Positions 61,612 to 64,000 of a DNA stretch of 64,000 nt are shown here, piece after piece. Below the pieces are notes generated by a model. That model had not been told where the DNA came from. It made no database searches and saw nothing but the letters and a program-made list of their open reading frames with translations. Every line of letters begins with the position of its first letter. Positions within the stretch are counted from its first letter, which is position 1. The stretch is from assembly GCA_949372805.1 (NCBI GenBank), contig CASIBH010000002.1, positions 6,123 through 70,122 of the forward strand, given 5' to 3'. The translations under genes and the position numbers were made by a program. The stretch comes from an uncultured Flavobacteriales bacterium. GTDB lineage: Bacteria > Bacteroidota > Bacteroidia > Flavobacteriales > BACL11.

Positions 61612-62031
61612 TTATTTAGTAATTGTTTCTAAATTATGTTTTGAGTTAAATAGTTTTTTACTATTGTCCATGCCAGAATCTGTATAAAAACGAACGAGTA
61701 CTCCATTTGTAAAGTGTGCATACAATTTATGATCATCTTGATATCTTTTAGAACCAGAACTTAAGGATGATTTATCACCTTTTGATTTTCTGTTGATTTC
61801 ATGATATGGTCTCTTATAATTCCAAACTAATACTTTAGTGTTTTCGGATAAGTTATAAGTTATATCATAAGGAGATATACCTAATTGGTTTATGACACTT
61901 GATTCAGACATTCCAACATTTAAAGAATATATTGAACCAGTTGTTGTAAATTCAGGTTTAACTACAAGTGAGTCAGAAGAACCACATGAAGAAAAAACGA
62001 ATATTAATGCTATGTATAAAATATTTTTCAT
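61612..62031 (-). CDS. Lipoprotein with SmpA/BamE-like domain
   Basis: Lipobox FSSC; L..GMS...V...LG..P and terminal F.NG.L pattern. Confidence 0.65.
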   Translation of the reverse strand: MKNILYIALIFVFSSCGSSDSLVVKPEFTTTGSIYSLNVGMSESSVINQLGISPYDITYNLSENTKVLVWNYKRPYHEINRKSKGDKSSLSSGSKRYQDDHKLYAHFTNGVLVRFYTDSGMDNSKKLFNSKHNLETITK

Positions 62032-62041
62032 TGTAGTAAAT

Positions 62042-62959
62042 TTATTTGTTAGTTAATTTATCTACAGCTTTCTGTAGAATTTTAGTCTTCTTCGAAATCT
62101 TTCCTTTTTTAGCATCTTTTGCTTTTGATTTTTCTAGTGCATCAGAAAGTTTTGAAATTTTCTTTTCTAAACCATTTTTTTTATCACTTTTTGATTTTGA
62201 ATTAGCAACTTTAGAATTAATAGCTTTAGAGTTAGAAGATGAATTGTTTGAGGACCATGGAGCAACCGTTGAAACATTGATAGTCGTATTAGCGCCTGCA
62301 TTTTTAACTAGATCACATATACTACAGTCATCATCCGATCCAGAGTTATGAGAATTTGAACCATTTGAGCTTGAAGCATCACCATTAATTGGAATGCACT
62401 TTTCACCACAATTTCTTATTGGGTCATAATCAGGATTTTTAATAAAATCACATGGGCAATAATCACAAGATCCATCATCTTTTGTAGCTGAATCATTATA
62501 ATTAAGAGCAGAAACATCAGTACAGCCAGAAACTGGACCTGCACATGAACTTTCAAGTTGATTTCCAAAATCCTCTAAATCAGTTTTGAATTTAAGACCT
62601 AAATCCGTAATAATATCAACTAGTTGATTATTTTCGAAATAAACATACACATCTTTTGGTTGTGTATAATGATCTTGGTTTCCAGATAAACCTTCTTTTC
62701 TGTTTTTTAATTTTGGATCAATTTTTTGATCGTTTAAAACATATTTGTAGCTATATAGCTCACATCCATCTTCTAGAGCATGATATGCATCAAATGGGTC
62801 TACGCTCATTGTATTTGCTACTCTGTTTTTTGTCATTCCATTTTCTAAAGAATTAACCTTTTCAACTGTTGTGTATTGAGGAAGAATTATTCTGTCAGAA
62901 CATGAAGAAACAAATAACAAAATAGAAAGAAAGCATATGATTTTGTTTAAGTTTTTCAT
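62042..62959 (-). CDS. Lipoprotein: SmpA/BamE-like domain + GCxD linker + Cys/Ser-rich and Lys-rich tail
   Basis: Lipobox VSSC; N-domain paralogous to 61612-62031; GCTDVSALNYNDSATKDDGSC. Confidence 0.7.
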   Translation of the reverse strand: MKNLNKIICFLSILLFVSSCSDRIILPQYTTVEKVNSLENGMTKNRVANTMSVDPFDAYHALEDGCELYSYKYVLNDQKIDPKLKNRKEGLSGNQDHYTQPKDVYVYFENNQLVDIITDLGLKFKTDLEDFGNQLESSCAGPVSGCTDVSALNYNDSATKDDGSCDYCPCDFIKNPDYDPIRNCGEKCIPINGDASSSNGSNSHNSGSDDDCSICDLVKNAGANTTINVSTVAPWSSNNSSSNSKAINSKVANSKSKSDKKNGLEKKISKLSDALEKSKAKDAKKGKISKKTKILQKAVDKLTNK

Positions 62960-63080
62960 TTTAGTTATTTTAATTAGTTTTCAAATATAATTTTTTTTCT
63001 TTATAATAATCTTTATTTAAGTTAGTGGTTTATAATAATTATAGATTCTTAATAATTATTTGTATAATTGATAAAAAAAA

Positions 63081-63647
63081 ATGAAAAAAATTCTAATTTC
63101 TTTACTACTATTAAGTAGTTTTTATTCAAATGCTCAATATAGTACTATAAATATTGGTTTAACAAATACTAGTTTTAATGATATATATAATAACTATTAC
63201 GAAAATAGCACCTCTTTGAATTCTCTTAGATTTGGCTTTTCAAAATCTTTTGTGACGTCAAAATGGTTGGATACTCAGCTTAATTTATCATACGTTTCAA
63301 GAGGATCTTCTGCTTCTGTAACAACATATGATTCTGTTGGAACAGGAACAATTGATTTAACCGAAAAGACAAATTATATTCAATTATCTAGTCATTTCAA
63401 GAAGAATGTTATTGGTGACTTTTCAATTTTTGTTGCTCCTTATTTTGCTTTTTCTGTTTCAAGTAGCTCTGAATACTACAGTTATTTTGATGAAATTGTA
63501 GTGACAGAAAAAAACACTAATCAAAGTAATATACTTAATACTTATTTTGGCATATCATATCTTTCTGATAATATGATTAATTTTGAATTAGGTTGGTCTC
63601 CAACTTTTTATAATGAACTGTATTTTAGTGTTGGTTATGTTTTATAA
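63081..63647 (+). CDS. Outer-membrane beta-barrel protein (PorT/OMP_b-brl-like)
   Basis: Signal peptide; L.Y..RG, NYIQL, PY; C-terminal FSVGYVL beta-signal. Confidence 0.65.
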   Translation: MKKILISLLLLSSFYSNAQYSTINIGLTNTSFNDIYNNYYENSTSLNSLRFGFSKSFVTSKWLDTQLNLSYVSRGSSASVTTYDSVGTGTIDLTEKTNYIQLSSHFKKNVIGDFSIFVAPYFAFSVSSSSEYYSYFDEIVVTEKNTNQSNILNTYFGISYLSDNMINFELGWSPTFYNELYFSVGYVL

Positions 63648-63895
63648 AAGATAAATACTAAATAATTATTAAATAAAAAGTATTTAGTTAAAGAGATTTT
63701 TGATTAAGGGTAGTATAGCAGTTTACTTTCCGATACAGAATATTTGGTGTTTTTTGTTGCAATCAGATAATCCTATATTTAATGTAATTTCCAACAACGG
63801 TTTAACAACACTTTTTACAAATTTATGAATCTTACTTTAAGTAAACTTCTTTGTTAGTAAGTTCTTTTGCTTGACTTTCTTATTTTTGGTAATAT

Positions 63896-64000
63896 ATGTT
63901 GAATGAAGCAAATACACGCAAACAACTTATTGATAGGGCACTTGAATCAATAGGGTGGAAAGATGAATACCTAAATTGTGAGTACACTTTTACCGATGGT
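63896..64000 (+). CDS. hsdR: Type I restriction enzyme R subunit, N-terminus (partial at the right edge)
   Basis: Not in the ORF track. MLNEANTRKQLIDRALESIGWKDEYLNCEYTFTDG matches the NEA.TR...ID.AL..GW...EY.FTDG start of EcoAI-type HsdR; only 35 aa visible. Confidence 0.65.
   Translation, partial: MLNEANTRKQLIDRALESIGWKDEYLNCEYTFTDG

Noticed and set aside
2246-62856. Antisense and alternate-frame ORFs (e.g. 2246-2515, 2600-3091, 4576-4905, 8568-8858, 17517-17837, 32557-32895, 45927-46283, 50712-51005, 62046-62351)
   Set aside because: They overlap well-supported genes, show no motifs, and have the composition of shadow ORFs.
63648-63895. tRNA or integration site before hsdR
   Set aside because: No cloverleaf, TTC T-loop or CCA end, and no direct repeat or integrase visible.

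Overview
This is an AT-rich chromosomal segment of a marine, photoheterotrophic Bacteroidota cell (Flavobacteriales-like). That assignment rests on TAnnTTTG promoters, A-rich ribosome-binding regions without Shine-Dalgarno motifs, type IX secretion (T9SS) C-terminal domains and a flavobacterial-type proteorhodopsin. Housekeeping content: a partial Met/Cys PLP lyase, an MsbA-like ABC exporter, two DEAD-box helicases, MsrB, DAHP synthase-chorismate mutase, a TonB-dependent receptor, a nine-gene hemA-C-D-B-L-E-N-H-J operon, SulP, and the start of a type I restriction HsdR at the right edge. Light-related content: a green DTE proteorhodopsin with blh, and two tandem photolyases. The most unusual content is a modular secretome. 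(i) Four large T9SS cargo genes, one about 2,645 aa, are built from swappable domains joined by a fixed-length GCxD...DDGSC linker (37 copies counted by eye). All four end in a shared Cys-containing FN3-like pair plus CTD cassette. Three cassette copies are close at DNA level and differ in a mosaic pattern. (ii) Six unrelated small secreted proteins end in the same ~40-aa tail, which has strictly conserved spacing and differs from the canonical YPNP-type CTD. (iii) Four exported blue-copper domains are present, one fused to a CxxC redoxin. The giant gene also has a long structured leader ending in a terminator-like hairpin. Indels at about 9.4-14.3 kb, 41.7 kb and 50.25 kb look like long-read errors, so the split ORFs were merged. 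No rRNA, tRNA, CRISPR array or transposase was seen. All family assignments come from motif recognition, not database searches.
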